A model generated the notes under the pieces. It made no database searches. It was not told where the DNA came from and saw only the letters and a program-made list of their open reading frames with translations. This document shows, piece by piece, positions 31,454 through 42,426 of a stretch of DNA of 64,000 bases (position 1 is its first letter; every line of letters starts with the position of its first letter). This stretch comes from an uncultured Nocardioidaceae bacterium (lineage in GTDB: Bacteria > Actinomycetota > Actinomycetes > Propionibacteriales > Nocardioidaceae), in contig CAZNCE010000001.1 in the NCBI GenBank assembly GCA_964571285.1, positions 47,255-111,254 on the forward strand. Direction: 5' to 3'. The translations under genes were made by a program, and so were the position numbers.

Positions 31454-31491
31454 GCGGTAGCGACATGCCACCATCGTCGCCAACGCCTAGG
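31449..31491 (+). promoter_or_regulatory. Hairpin spanning the stop codon of the membrane-protein gene and the first bases of the SD of the SDR gene
   Basis: CCTAGGCGGTAGCGAC (31449-31464) pairs with GTCGCCAACGCCTAGG (31476-31491), 14 of 16 positions. SD AGGAGG at 31489-31494, ATG at 31502. Confidence 0.4.
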
Positions 31492-31501
31492 AGGATGCTG
31501 A

Positions 31502-32101
31502 ATGAGAATCCTGCACGTGGGATCCACCGGCAACGTCGGGACCGCCGCCGGGAAGGCGCTGCGCGATCGCGGGCACGAGGTCGTGTCGGCGCACCGCGGC
31601 TCCGACGAGCATCCCGTCGACATCACCGACCCGGACTCGATCGCCCGCCTGCTGGAGACGGTCGGCCAACTGGACGCCGTCGTCTCCACGGCAGGCCGCA
31701 CACCGTTCGGCGCCTGGGACGATCTCGGGCGTGCGGAGATCCTGGCCGGGCTGAACGACAAGTTCCTCGGCCAGGTCGAACTGGTGCGCCAGGCCACGCA
31801 GCACGTCCGGCCGGGCGGCTCGTTCACCCTGACCACGGGGATCCTGGGTCGGGAGCCGGTCCGCGACGGCAGTGTGGCGGCCGCGATCAATGGTGCGCTG
31901 GAGGCGTGGGTACAGGCGTCCGCCGGCGAGCTGTGGGGCCGGTTCCGGATCAACGCGGTCAGCCCGACGGTGCTGTCGTCGTCCCGGGAGGCGTACGCCT
32001 CGGCCATGCCCGGGTATCCGGCCGCGCCGGCCGAGGAGGTGGGTCTGACGTTCGTCCGGTCCATCGAGTCGATGGAGACCGGTCGGATCTACATCCTGTG
32101 A
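31502..32101 (+). CDS. Short-chain dehydrogenase/reductase-like NAD(P)-binding protein
   Basis: MRILHVGSTGNVGTAAGKAL (GxxGxxG). 199 aa. Confidence 0.7.
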   Translation: MRILHVGSTGNVGTAAGKALRDRGHEVVSAHRGSDEHPVDITDPDSIARLLETVGQLDAVVSTAGRTPFGAWDDLGRAEILAGLNDKFLGQVELVRQATQHVRPGGSFTLTTGILGREPVRDGSVAAAINGALEAWVQASAGELWGRFRINAVSPTVLSSSREAYASAMPGYPAAPAEEVGLTFVRSIESMETGRIYIL

Positions 32102-32111
32102 CCCAACGGCG

Positions 32112-33737
32112 CTAGCGGCGCGGGGACGTGACCTCGTCCGCGACCAGGGCGACGTGCAGGGACGTCCGGATGTCGGGATCATCCAGGTCGACGCCGAGCA
32201 CGCTCGCCGCCTTGGCCAACCGGTCGTAGAGGACGGGGCGGGAGATGTGCAGGCTGGCCGCGGCCTCGGACTTGCCGGCCGGGTGGGTGACGAGCGCCCG
32301 AACGGCATCCAGCAGGCTGGTGTGCCCGAGCCGGTCGTGGTCGCGCAACGGCCCCAACTCGCGGTCGACGAACATCCGTACCCGGTCGTCATCGCCCAGC
32401 AGGGCGAGCAGCCCCCGCAGGTGCACGTCCTCGAGCCGCAGCACCTGGTCGGCGCCCACCTCGGAACGCACCGACTCGACCACGTGCTGCGCCTCGCGGA
32501 GGGTGCGGTCGAACTCGGCCGCCCGGGTCGCCGGCCGCCCGGCCCCCACCAGCACGGGGTGTCGGCGCCGTACCCGGGCGGCCAGGTCGTTCACGGGCCG
32601 CTCGGGGTCGTCCGAGGCGGGAAGCGACAGCAGGGCCCGCACGTCGTGCTCGAGCTCGCTCACCAGCGCCGGGACCCGCCCCTCGTGGCAGGCATGCACC
32701 GTCGCCGCGACCACCTCCTCCAACAGCGAGCCCGATCCTCCGGCGGCCGCCCGCTCCACCCGGGGTCTCAGCGTCACGCCCACCAGCTGCCGATCGGCGG
32801 TCGGCAACCCGGCGAGTTCGCAGCGGCGCAGGAGATCGGGGTCGGTGGGGTCCGCGAGCACCCCCAACAGCAGTTCGTGGTGCGTCCGCCGGACCATGCC
32901 GTCCCGCTGCCGGTCGTGCAGCCGGTGCAGGGCCAGCGCTGCTGCCGCCCGTTCGGCCATCACCACCACGTGCTCGGTCGGCGGCTGCGACATCTGCACC
33001 ACCAGCCGTCCCCAGCCGCGGTCGCGTTTGCCGACCCGGGTGACCAACCAGCCGTTCGCCTGGTGCCAGGTGGACCGCCCGTCGAGGCGGACGTCGCGGG
33101 ACCGAGCGGGCCAGTCGGCGAGGAACCCGGCGATGTCGTCCGGACCGACCCGGTAGTCCAGCACCTGGTGCTCCTCGCTCTCCAGAACCACCGCGCTGCC
33201 GGCCAGCCGCTGCACCGCCTCCAGAATCTCCCGTGGACCGGCCTCGGCGATGCTCAGGTCGGTGAACGTGTCGTGCACGCGTTGAGCCTCGCGCAGCTCG
33301 GCCAGTTGCTCGTCGACGATGCGCTCGCCGACGGCCTGGGCCACGGCGGCGAACCGGACCTCACGCGTCAGCGCCACCAGCGGCAGGTGCAGCCGCTCGC
33401 AGGCGTCGATCAGGGCCTGCGGCATCGACGTCCAGCGGCGACCCAGCTCGATCACCAGCCCCGCGACCCGGCCGTCCGCGAGGCTGTCGGCGTACGTCTG
33501 GAGACCGGCAGGGGTGTCCGGTATCGCGATCCCGGTGCTGAGCAGCAGGTCGCCGGCGCGCAGCAGCCTGGCGATGTCGGCCAGCTCGGCCGAGTGCACC
33601 CACCGCACTTCGCTGTCCAGGCCTGCGCGACCGGCCAGCACCTCGGGTCCGGCCGCGCGGACGGCCGGCATCGCCAGCACGTCGGCCACCGACAGCCCTG
33701 CCACGCCGCGAACCTCCCACCACCGGCCGGGCGACAA
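32112..33737 (-). CDS. PucR-family transcriptional regulator
   Basis: N-terminal purine-catabolism-regulator-like domain (VADVLAMPAVRAAGPEVLAGRAGLDSEVRWVH) and C-terminal HTH (GKSEAAASLHISRPVLYDRLAKA). Divergent from mmsA. Confidence 0.85.
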   Translation of the reverse strand: MSPGRWWEVRGVAGLSVADVLAMPAVRAAGPEVLAGRAGLDSEVRWVHSAELADIARLLRAGDLLLSTGIAIPDTPAGLQTYADSLADGRVAGLVIELGRRWTSMPQALIDACERLHLPLVALTREVRFAAVAQAVGERIVDEQLAELREAQRVHDTFTDLSIAEAGPREILEAVQRLAGSAVVLESEEHQVLDYRVGPDDIAGFLADWPARSRDVRLDGRSTWHQANGWLVTRVGKRDRGWGRLVVQMSQPPTEHVVVMAERAAAALALHRLHDRQRDGMVRRTHHELLLGVLADPTDPDLLRRCELAGLPTADRQLVGVTLRPRVERAAAGGSGSLLEEVVAATVHACHEGRVPALVSELEHDVRALLSLPASDDPERPVNDLAARVRRRHPVLVGAGRPATRAAEFDRTLREAQHVVESVRSEVGADQVLRLEDVHLRGLLALLGDDDRVRMFVDRELGPLRDHDRLGHTSLLDAVRALVTHPAGKSEAAASLHISRPVLYDRLAKAASVLGVDLDDPDIRTSLHVALVADEVTSPRR

Positions 33738-33835
33738 TGTGTCGCTCCTGGCGCTGCAATCCTACAGATCGAAGCCCGGTCGGTGTCCCGGCGACGACCA
33801 CGATGAAAGGGACCGAGCGAAGGAGCGCAGGCCCC

Positions 33836-35375
<1,540 letters not shown>

Positions 35376-35383
<8 letters not shown>

Positions 35384-36716
35384 GGCCAGCACCGAGGCAG
35401 AGCGGGCCTACCAGCTCGACCGTGCCCACGTCTTCCACTCCTGGTCCGCCCAGGGTGGGCTGGACCCGATGGTGGTCACCAAGGCCGAGGGCTCGTATCT
35501 GTGGGACGGGGACGGGAACCGGCTGCTGGACTTCACCTCACAACTGGTCTTCACCAACCTCGGCCACCAGCACCCGAGGATCGTCCGCGCGATCCAGGAA
35601 CAGGCTGCGACGCTGTGCACGATCGCCCCGGCGCACGCGAACGGCGCCCGCTCGGAGGCCGCCCGGCTGATCGCGTCGCACACACCGGGCGACCTGGACC
35701 GGGTGTTCTTCACCAACGGGGGTGCGGACGCCAACGAGCATGCGATCCGGATGGCCCGGCTGCACACCGGCCGGCACAAGGTGCTGGCGACCTACCGCTC
35801 GTACCACGGCGGCACCCACCTGGCGGTGCACGTCACCGGTGAGCCCCGGCGGTGGCCCAACGACACCGGAGCGGCGGGCACGGTGCACTTCTTCGGTCCG
35901 TTCCTCTACCGCAGTGCCTTCTCCGCCCGCACCGAGGCCGAGGAGTGCCAGCGGGCGCTCGAGCACCTGGAGCAGGTGATCGCGCTGGAGGGGCCGAGCA
36001 CGGTAGCCGCGATCATCCTCGAGCCCATCCCGGGCACCGCCGGCATCATGGTGCCGCCGGCCGGCTACCTGCGGGGAGTACGGGAGCTGTGCGACCGGCA
36101 CGGCATCGTGTTCATCGCCGACGAGGTGATGACCGGCTTCGGCCGGACCGGCCGCTGGTTCGCGGTGGAGCACGACGGCGTCGTACCCGACCTGCTGACG
36201 TTCGCCAAGGGGGTCAACTCCGGGTACGTCCCGCTGGGCGGCGTGGCGATCAGCGACGGGATCTACCAGTCATTCGCGGAACGCCCCTACCCCGGCGGGC
36301 TCACCTACTCCGGTCATCCGCTCGCCTGTGCCGCCGCCGTGGCGACCATCCAGACGATGGAGGAGGACCGGATCATCGAGCAGTCCGCCGCGCTCGGCGA
36401 GGAGGTGTTCGGGCCGGGGCTGCGCGAGCTCGCCGCCGCGCACGAGTGGATCGGCGAGGTCCGCGGGACCGGGGTGTTCTGGGCGATCGAGCTGGTCCGC
36501 GACCGGGAGACCCGCGAGCCGCTGGCACCCTACGGAGCAAGCAGCCCGGCGATGGCGGCGATCCAGGCCGCCTGTAGGCGTCGTGGACTCCTGCCGTTCG
36601 CGAACTTCAACCGCATCCATGCGGTGCCACCGCTGACCATCACCGCCGAGGAGGCGCGGGAGGGCCTATCGATCGTGGGCCAGGCGCTGCGGGAGGCTCG
36701 CGCACGGGTCGACTGA
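35376..36716 (+). CDS. Class III (omega) aminotransferase
   Basis: ATG 35376 overlaps the mmsA stop by 8 nt. DEVMTGFGRTGRWFA and PLP-lysine in TFAKGVNSGYVPLG. Confidence 0.9.
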
Positions 36717-36738
36717 GCGGGCCATCGCGACGGTGAAG

Positions 36739-37770
36739 TCAGCCCGGCTGACGAGGCTCGGCGGCCGGCACTGCGGCGGTCCGGCTCCGGTCCAGCCGCA
36801 GGTGCACCCGGGCGCCGACGGGTACGTCGACCGAGGGTGCTGCGACCCCGGGCAGCGAGCCGATGCCGTCGACCAGCAGCTGCAGCCGGATCTGGTCGGG
36901 GGTGACCACCGCCTCCTGCACCTGCCCGGTCAGGGGTCCGTTCGGGTCGACCCGCAGCGCGGATCGCCGTAGGGCCAACGCCGTCCAGCCGGCTTCCGGT
37001 GCCAGCCGCTCGCGGAGGGTGCGCGCCGGTGCGCCGGTGAGCACGGTGGCGTAGCCGAGGAACCTGGCGGTCCACTCGTTGACCGGGTTGCGCCAGACCT
37101 CGTCGAGGGTGCCGGCCTGCATGATCCGGCCGGCGCGCATCACCGCCATCCGGTCTGCCGTCGCGAACGCCTCCTCTTGGTCGTGGGTCACCAGCACCGC
37201 GGTGGTGCGGGCCGTCCGCAGGATGTCCCGCAGCTCCTCGGCGAGCCCTTCCCGCAGGTCGCGGTCCAGTGCGCTCAGCGGCTCGTCCAGCAGCAGTAGT
37301 CGCGGGGCGACGGCGAGAGCGCGCGCGAGCGCCACGCGCTGCCGCTCTCCCCCGGAGAGCGTGTCCACGGAACGATCCGCGTAGCCGGGCAGCCGGACCA
37401 GGTCCAGCAGTTCGTGCACCCGTCGACGCCGCTCCGCCCGTGGTCGATGGCGTACGCGCAGCGGGTAGCCGATGTTGCCGGCGACGTCCAGGTGCGGGAA
37501 CAGCTGGCCGTCTTGGAACATCAGCGCGAACCCGCGCCGGTACGCGGGTACGTCGGTGACATCGCGGCCGGCATAGCGGATCGACCCGGCGGTGGGGCGC
37601 TCCAGGCCGGCGACCGCCCGCAACAGCGTGGATTTGCCGCAGCCGGAGGGCCCCAGCACCGCCATCACCGACTCGCGCGGCACGTCGAGATCCACGTCGT
37701 CGACCGCGACCGTGTCGCCGAAGACCACGGTCAGGTCGCGGACCTCGAGACCGCTGCGTTCGTCCGCCAC
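36739..37770 (-). CDS. ABC transporter ATP-binding protein (FbpC/PotA-like with C-terminal TOBE-type domain)
   Basis: Walker A GPSGCGKST, signature LSGGERQR, Walker B LLLDEPLSALD. About 100-aa C-terminal extension. Confidence 0.9.
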   Translation of the reverse strand: MADERSGLEVRDLTVVFGDTVAVDDVDLDVPRESVMAVLGPSGCGKSTLLRAVAGLERPTAGSIRYAGRDVTDVPAYRRGFALMFQDGQLFPHLDVAGNIGYPLRVRHRPRAERRRRVHELLDLVRLPGYADRSVDTLSGGERQRVALARALAVAPRLLLLDEPLSALDRDLREGLAEELRDILRTARTTAVLVTHDQEEAFATADRMAVMRAGRIMQAGTLDEVWRNPVNEWTARFLGYATVLTGAPARTLRERLAPEAGWTALALRRSALRVDPNGPLTGQVQEAVVTPDQIRLQLLVDGIGSLPGVAAPSVDVPVGARVHLRLDRSRTAAVPAAEPRQPG

Positions 37771-37771
37771 G

Positions 37772-39412
37772 TCAGAAGGCTCCCATCGATCCGACCCGGA
37801 GCCGCTCCACCGCCAGCATCACCGCCGTGGTGGTGGCCGCCAGCAGCACCGACGCGGCCATCGCCATGCCGTAGTTCTCCGCCCCGGGATGCCCGATCAA
37901 CTGGTAGATCACCACCGGCAGCGTCGGGTCGTCATGACGGGCCAGGAAGCTGGTCGCGCCGAACTCTCCCAGCGACACCGCGAACGCGAACCCGGCCGCG
38001 GCCAGCAGGGCCCGCCAGGCGACCGGCAGGTCCACCGTGGCCAGCACCCGCCAGGGGGGCGCGCCCAGCGTCGCCGCCGCCTGCCGCTGGCGGTCGTCGA
38101 TGGAGCGGAGTACGGGCGCCAGCGTGCGCACCACCAGCGGCAGCGCGACCATCGCCTGGGCCACCGGGATCAGCAGCGACGAGGACCGCAGGTCCAGCGG
38201 GGGGCGGTCCAGCGTGACCAGGAAGCCGAAGCCGATGGTCACCGCGGACACGCCGAGCGGCAGCATGAACAGGCCGTCCAGCAGCGTGGCCGCCCGGCCG
38301 GAGCGGCCACGGGAGGGCCGCGACACCAAGAACCCGACGATCAGGCCGAGGATCAGCGCGAGCGCGGTGGCCCCGAGGGCGATCCGCAGCGACGTGGCCA
38401 GCCCGTCGACGGCCGGCACCAGCAGTGCGTTCCTGGCGCCTGGTGTTCCCAGTGACCGGTAGTTCTGCAGTCCCCAGTCGTCCCCGCGGCGCAGCGAGGC
38501 CGTGACCAGGGAGGCGATCGGCAGCATCAGGAAGACCAGCACCAGCGCGGTCCACACCAGCGCCGGCAGGTGCCGGGCACCGGGACGTGGCAGGGCGCGG
38601 CCGCTGCGCTCCACCGCGGGTGCGCCCCGCCGTACCCGGGCCGAAAGCGCCAGCAGGGCCGTGATCACCAGCAGCTGCAGGACCGACAGCGCCGCCGCCC
38701 CGCTGAGGTCGAGTTCCTGGGTGGTCAGCAGATAGATCTCGGTCTCGACGTTGGCGTACCGCAGGCCGCCCATCGTGAGCACCACGCCGAACGCGGTCGC
38801 GCAGAACAAGAACACCACGGTGGCCGCCGACACCATCCCCGGCAGCAGCGCCGGCAGGGTCACGGTGCGCCAGACCTGGCTCGGGCTCGCGCCGAGCGCC
38901 GCAGCCGCCTCCTCCCGCCGCGGGTCGAGCGCCGACCAGAAGGAGCCGACCGTCCGCACCACCACGCTGACGTTGAAGAACGCCAACGCCGCGACGATCG
39001 CCGACGCGCTGCCGTCGAGCCCGAGGAAGCCCAGCGGGCCCGACTCGGAGACCAGCTGCCGGAACGCGACCCCGACCACCACCGTCGGGAGCACGAACGG
39101 CACCATCACCAGCGCGCGCAGGAAGTCGCGGCCCGGGAACCGCAGCCGGTACAGCACGAAGGCTGTCGGGACGCCCAGCAGCACGGCGAGCGCGGTGCCG
39201 GCGGCGGCCGACCACAGGGTGAACCACAGCACCCGGTGGATCCGCGGCCGGGTGAACACCTCCAGCACCTGGCCGGGCGCGAAGACGCCGTCCGGCCAGA
39301 AGCCGCGGGCCACCATGCCGCCGAGCGGATAGACGAAGAACAGCGCCAGCGCGGTCAGCGGCAGCAGCGCGAGCCCGGCCAGGGTCAGCCGGCCGCGCAG
39401 CGTCGTGGTCAT
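37772..39412 (-). CDS. ABC transporter permease, duplicated (two-domain) ThiP/FbpB-type
   Basis: 546 aa, about 12 TM helices, two internal permease repeats. Confidence 0.85.
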   Translation of the reverse strand: MTTTLRGRLTLAGLALLPLTALALFFVYPLGGMVARGFWPDGVFAPGQVLEVFTRPRIHRVLWFTLWSAAAGTALAVLLGVPTAFVLYRLRFPGRDFLRALVMVPFVLPTVVVGVAFRQLVSESGPLGFLGLDGSASAIVAALAFFNVSVVVRTVGSFWSALDPRREEAAAALGASPSQVWRTVTLPALLPGMVSAATVVFLFCATAFGVVLTMGGLRYANVETEIYLLTTQELDLSGAAALSVLQLLVITALLALSARVRRGAPAVERSGRALPRPGARHLPALVWTALVLVFLMLPIASLVTASLRRGDDWGLQNYRSLGTPGARNALLVPAVDGLATSLRIALGATALALILGLIVGFLVSRPSRGRSGRAATLLDGLFMLPLGVSAVTIGFGFLVTLDRPPLDLRSSSLLIPVAQAMVALPLVVRTLAPVLRSIDDRQRQAAATLGAPPWRVLATVDLPVAWRALLAAAGFAFAVSLGEFGATSFLARHDDPTLPVVIYQLIGHPGAENYGMAMAASVLLAATTTAVMLAVERLRVGSMGAF

Positions 39413-39439
39413 CGCAACGTTGCCGTCATCGAGGTGCGG

Positions 39440-40495
39440 TCAGCGGCTGGTGATGTCGCGCCACTCGCGCAACCACTCCTGGCGGTGCGCGTCGATGTCG
39501 GTCGCGCTCATGGTGTGCGGATCGGTGGCGGGCGGGGCGAACTTCGCCCACTGCTCCGGCAGCTCGACGGTGTCGTCGACCGGGTAGACGTACATGTTCT
39601 CCGGGAGGGCGGCCTGGAAGCGCTGGCCGAGCATGAAGTCGATGAACTTCTGCATGCCGTCCGGGTTGTCGGCGCCCTCGAGGACCCCGGCGTACTCGAT
39701 CTGGCGGAAGCAGGTGTCCAGCAGCGCGCTCGTCGTCGGCTCCGCCCCGCCATCGGGGATGGTGAACGGCGGCGAGGACGAGTACGAGGTCACGATCGGG
39801 CGGTCGCCGTTGCCCCCGCCCGCGGTGAAGTCGACCTCGTAGGCGTCCGACCAACCCGAGGTGATCTTCGTGTCGTTGTCCATCAGGCCTTTCCAGAAGT
39901 CCTGCCAGCCGTCGCCCTCGGCGGCGATCGTCGCGAGCAGGAACGCCAGGCCGGGCGACGAACTGGTGGCGCCCGGCGTGACGAACAGCCCGCGGTAGCG
40001 CGGCTTGACCAGGTCGTCCAGGCCCTGCGGAGGCGCGACGTCGTGCTCGGCGAACCAGGTGTTGTCGATGTTGATGCACACGTCGCTGTAGTCGATCGGG
40101 GTCGCCCGGTCGCTGCCCTGCCCGTCCAGCAGGAATTGCTCGGCGGACTCCGGCAGCTCCGGGCTCGAGTAGGACGCGAGCACGCCCTCACCGACGGCCC
40201 GGCCGGCGAATGTGTTGTCGATGCCGTAGACCCCGTCGGCCAGCGGGTTGTCCTTGGTGAGCACGAGCTTGTTGGTCAGCTCTCCGGCGTCGCCCTGGGG
40301 CTGGATCTCGACCGTGATCCCGGTCTGGTCGGTGAACTCGGCCAGCACCTTTTTCGGCATCGACCAGGAGTCGTGCGTGGCCACCACGATGGTGGTCGGG
40401 TCGGACTCCTCATCGGCGCCGCACCCGGCGAGGAGGGACGCGGTGGCGATGCAGGTGAACAGGACCAGCCAGCGGCTGCGTTGACGGACAAGCAT
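39440..40495 (-). CDS. ABC substrate-binding lipoprotein, thiamine/thiamine-precursor type (inferred from the riboswitch)
   Basis: Lipobox LLAGCGADEE. Periplasmic-binding-protein pattern. TPP riboswitch directly upstream. Confidence 0.8.
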   Translation of the reverse strand: MLVRQRSRWLVLFTCIATASLLAGCGADEESDPTTIVVATHDSWSMPKKVLAEFTDQTGITVEIQPQGDAGELTNKLVLTKDNPLADGVYGIDNTFAGRAVGEGVLASYSSPELPESAEQFLLDGQGSDRATPIDYSDVCINIDNTWFAEHDVAPPQGLDDLVKPRYRGLFVTPGATSSSPGLAFLLATIAAEGDGWQDFWKGLMDNDTKITSGWSDAYEVDFTAGGGNGDRPIVTSYSSSPPFTIPDGGAEPTTSALLDTCFRQIEYAGVLEGADNPDGMQKFIDFMLGQRFQAALPENMYVYPVDDTVELPEQWAKFAPPATDPHTMSATDIDAHRQEWLREWRDITSR

Positions 40496-40510
40496 GGAAG
40501 TGGTCTCCTT

Positions 40511-40608
40511 CGACTTCCTTCGCCGGTTCTAACCGGAGCAGGTTCGAGGGTCTGCGACTGATTCGCACTCTCAGCGCCACTGGACGTCTGCCCGGGCGCT
40601 CCCCTGTC
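40511..40608 (-). promoter_or_regulatory. TPP (THI-box) riboswitch
   Basis: The minus strand reads ACAGGGGAGCGCCC...GGCGCTGAGAGTGCG...ACCCTCGAACCTGCTCCGGTTAGAACCGGCGAAGGAAGTCG. The 3' end abuts the SD GAAGGAGA (40504-40511) of the binding-protein gene. Confidence 0.85.
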
Positions 40609-40663
40609 GTACGCCTCCACCCTAGCCGACCGATCGCGACCCAGGCGGTCCGGTGCACTCGCC

Positions 40664-40742
40664 CCAAAACGCTGAGCCGCCAAAACTTCCCCGCGAGAAG
40701 CCAGAACTTCCCCATGAGCGGCCAAAACCTCACGGACGCGGG
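40664..40742. repeat. Phased direct repeats (core CCARAAC, three copies at exactly 21-bp spacing plus one at 16 bp)
   Basis: CCAAAAC at 40664, 40680 and 40722; CCAGAAC at 40701. Extended units GCCAAAACTTCCCCGCGAGAA / GCCAGAACTTCCCCATGAGCG / GCCAAAACCTCACGGACGCG. Confidence 0.6.
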
Positions 40743-40743
40743 G

Positions 40744-41412
40744 TCACACCCAGAGTCGTTCAGCGGCGATCCGGCGTGGGTCGATGCCCTGATCGAGCAG
40801 CGCGAGCAACGTCTCCGCCAGTCGGTCCACCGGTCCCGGCGGCACGGTCAGATCGGTGGACCAGGCCATTCCGTCGACCCGGTGGTGCACGGTGACACGC
40901 TCCCCGTGCCGGGCTGCCCAGTGCCCGAGCTCCGGCCGGCGGGAGCGGAGGTGCCGGATCACCGCCCGAGGCCGGGTTTCCCAACTGCGGTCCGCCATGG
41001 CGCTCCGTACGACCGCGAGGTACTGACCGGCATCGAAGGTGAGGGTCGGAAGGTCGTGCCGGCTGGCGGGCAGATCCGGTTCGCACGAGGCGGCGGGATC
41101 GGGTCCGTGCTCGGGGAGCGCCGAGTGGTACGCGCCGGTCAACGATCGGAAGTCCGTCCATCGGATGCGTTCGGCCTGGCGGACGATCAGCGCGGCGACG
41201 GTGGAGCAGCCGAACTCGCCGCAACCACATCCGTACAGCGCGATGCGCCGCGGTGGATCGGTGGGCAGCAGCGCCCCGGTGTCGAGGATGTCAGCCGGAT
41301 CGTTGCCCTGGTCGTCGCCGGTGGTGGCCAGCAGGTCCACGTCGTCGACCAGCAGCCGCACCGTCGGGTAGTTCGGTGTCGAGCGGTCCAGTCGGATCGT
41401 CAATCGATGCAC
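40744..41412 (-). CDS. Hypothetical protein (222 aa) with a CGCGEFGC motif
   Basis: High GC3. No family recognised. LYGCGCGEFGCSTVAA segment. Confidence 0.55.
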   Translation of the reverse strand: MHRLTIRLDRSTPNYPTVRLLVDDVDLLATTGDDQGNDPADILDTGALLPTDPPRRIALYGCGCGEFGCSTVAALIVRQAERIRWTDFRSLTGAYHSALPEHGPDPAASCEPDLPASRHDLPTLTFDAGQYLAVVRSAMADRSWETRPRAVIRHLRSRRPELGHWAARHGERVTVHHRVDGMAWSTDLTVPPGPVDRLAETLLALLDQGIDPRRIAAERLWV

Positions 41413-41414
41413 GC

Positions 41415-42356
41415 TCAGTTACCTTCGCGACTGGGCCGAGACGCCTTCCCCCACGCAGCAGCGCCCTGCTTCAGCAGGTCGATGAGCAGCTGCTCGGGCC
41501 GGCGCAGTCGCCGTGGCGGCAACACGGCGCCGACGTAGCGGCGAGCCGGCGGGTCGAGCGCGACGGCGCGTACGTCCGGACGGTTCGCCAGTCCCAGCCG
41601 CGGGACCAGGGTCACTCCCACGCCGGCCCCCACCAGCGCCTGGGCGAATCCGTAGTCGCTGACCCGGCATACGACCCGTGGCGAGAAGCCGTGCGTCGAG
41701 GCCAGCGTGTCCAGGGCCTCGCCGGGCTGGTCCCAGCCGTGGATCCACGGATCGGGGGCGAGCTCGCTCAGCCGGAGGCGCTGTCTCCCGGCGAACCGGT
41801 GGTCCATGCCGAGCACCACGTAGAGATCGTCACGCATCAGGGGAACGTAGCGTTTCGCCGTCCTCCCCAATCCCCACGACTCGGGTGGATCGGGGGTGTG
41901 GAAGTGGTACACCAGCGCGAGGTCGGCCTCGCCGCTCCGCACCGCGGCCAGAGCCCGGTCGGGCTCGGCCTCCACCACGATCACCTCCGCGCCGAGATCG
42001 TGAGACCGGTTGGCTTCGCTCAGCGCCGGCGCGAGAACCGGTTCCCCGGCACTGAGGAAGGTCGCGACCGTCAGTGTGCCGATGGCCTGTGCGGTCAGCT
42101 CGGCCAGGGAGCGCTCCGCGGCGGTCAGCTCGGCCTGGATGGCGTCCGCCGTGGCATTGAGCACCCTGCCCGCCTCGGTGAGACGAGCACCACGGGGATG
42201 ACGGCGCACCAGTTGCGTCCCCGCGCTGCGCTCCAGCGCGGCGATCTGCTGCGAGACGGCTGATGGCGTGTGGCGCAGCTGCGCGGCGGCAGCGGCGAAG
42301 CTGCCGGTCTCGGCCACCGATCGGAGGATGGCGAGTCGGCGGGCATCCAGAGCCAT
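41415..42356 (-). CDS. LysR-family transcriptional regulator
   Basis: HTH SFAAAAAQLRHTPSAVSQQIAALE. 313 aa. Divergent from the DMT transporter gene. Confidence 0.9.
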   Translation of the reverse strand: MALDARRLAILRSVAETGSFAAAAAQLRHTPSAVSQQIAALERSAGTQLVRRHPRGARLTEAGRVLNATADAIQAELTAAERSLAELTAQAIGTLTVATFLSAGEPVLAPALSEANRSHDLGAEVIVVEAEPDRALAAVRSGEADLALVYHFHTPDPPESWGLGRTAKRYVPLMRDDLYVVLGMDHRFAGRQRLRLSELAPDPWIHGWDQPGEALDTLASTHGFSPRVVCRVSDYGFAQALVGAGVGVTLVPRLGLANRPDVRAVALDPPARRYVGAVLPPRRLRRPEQLLIDLLKQGAAAWGKASRPSREGN

Positions 42357-42426
42357 TAGTTCTCCTTAACCCCAGGAGCAAAACCGGTACTTCTCCTCAC
42401 CCTATGCCGGCTGCAGACTCACCACC

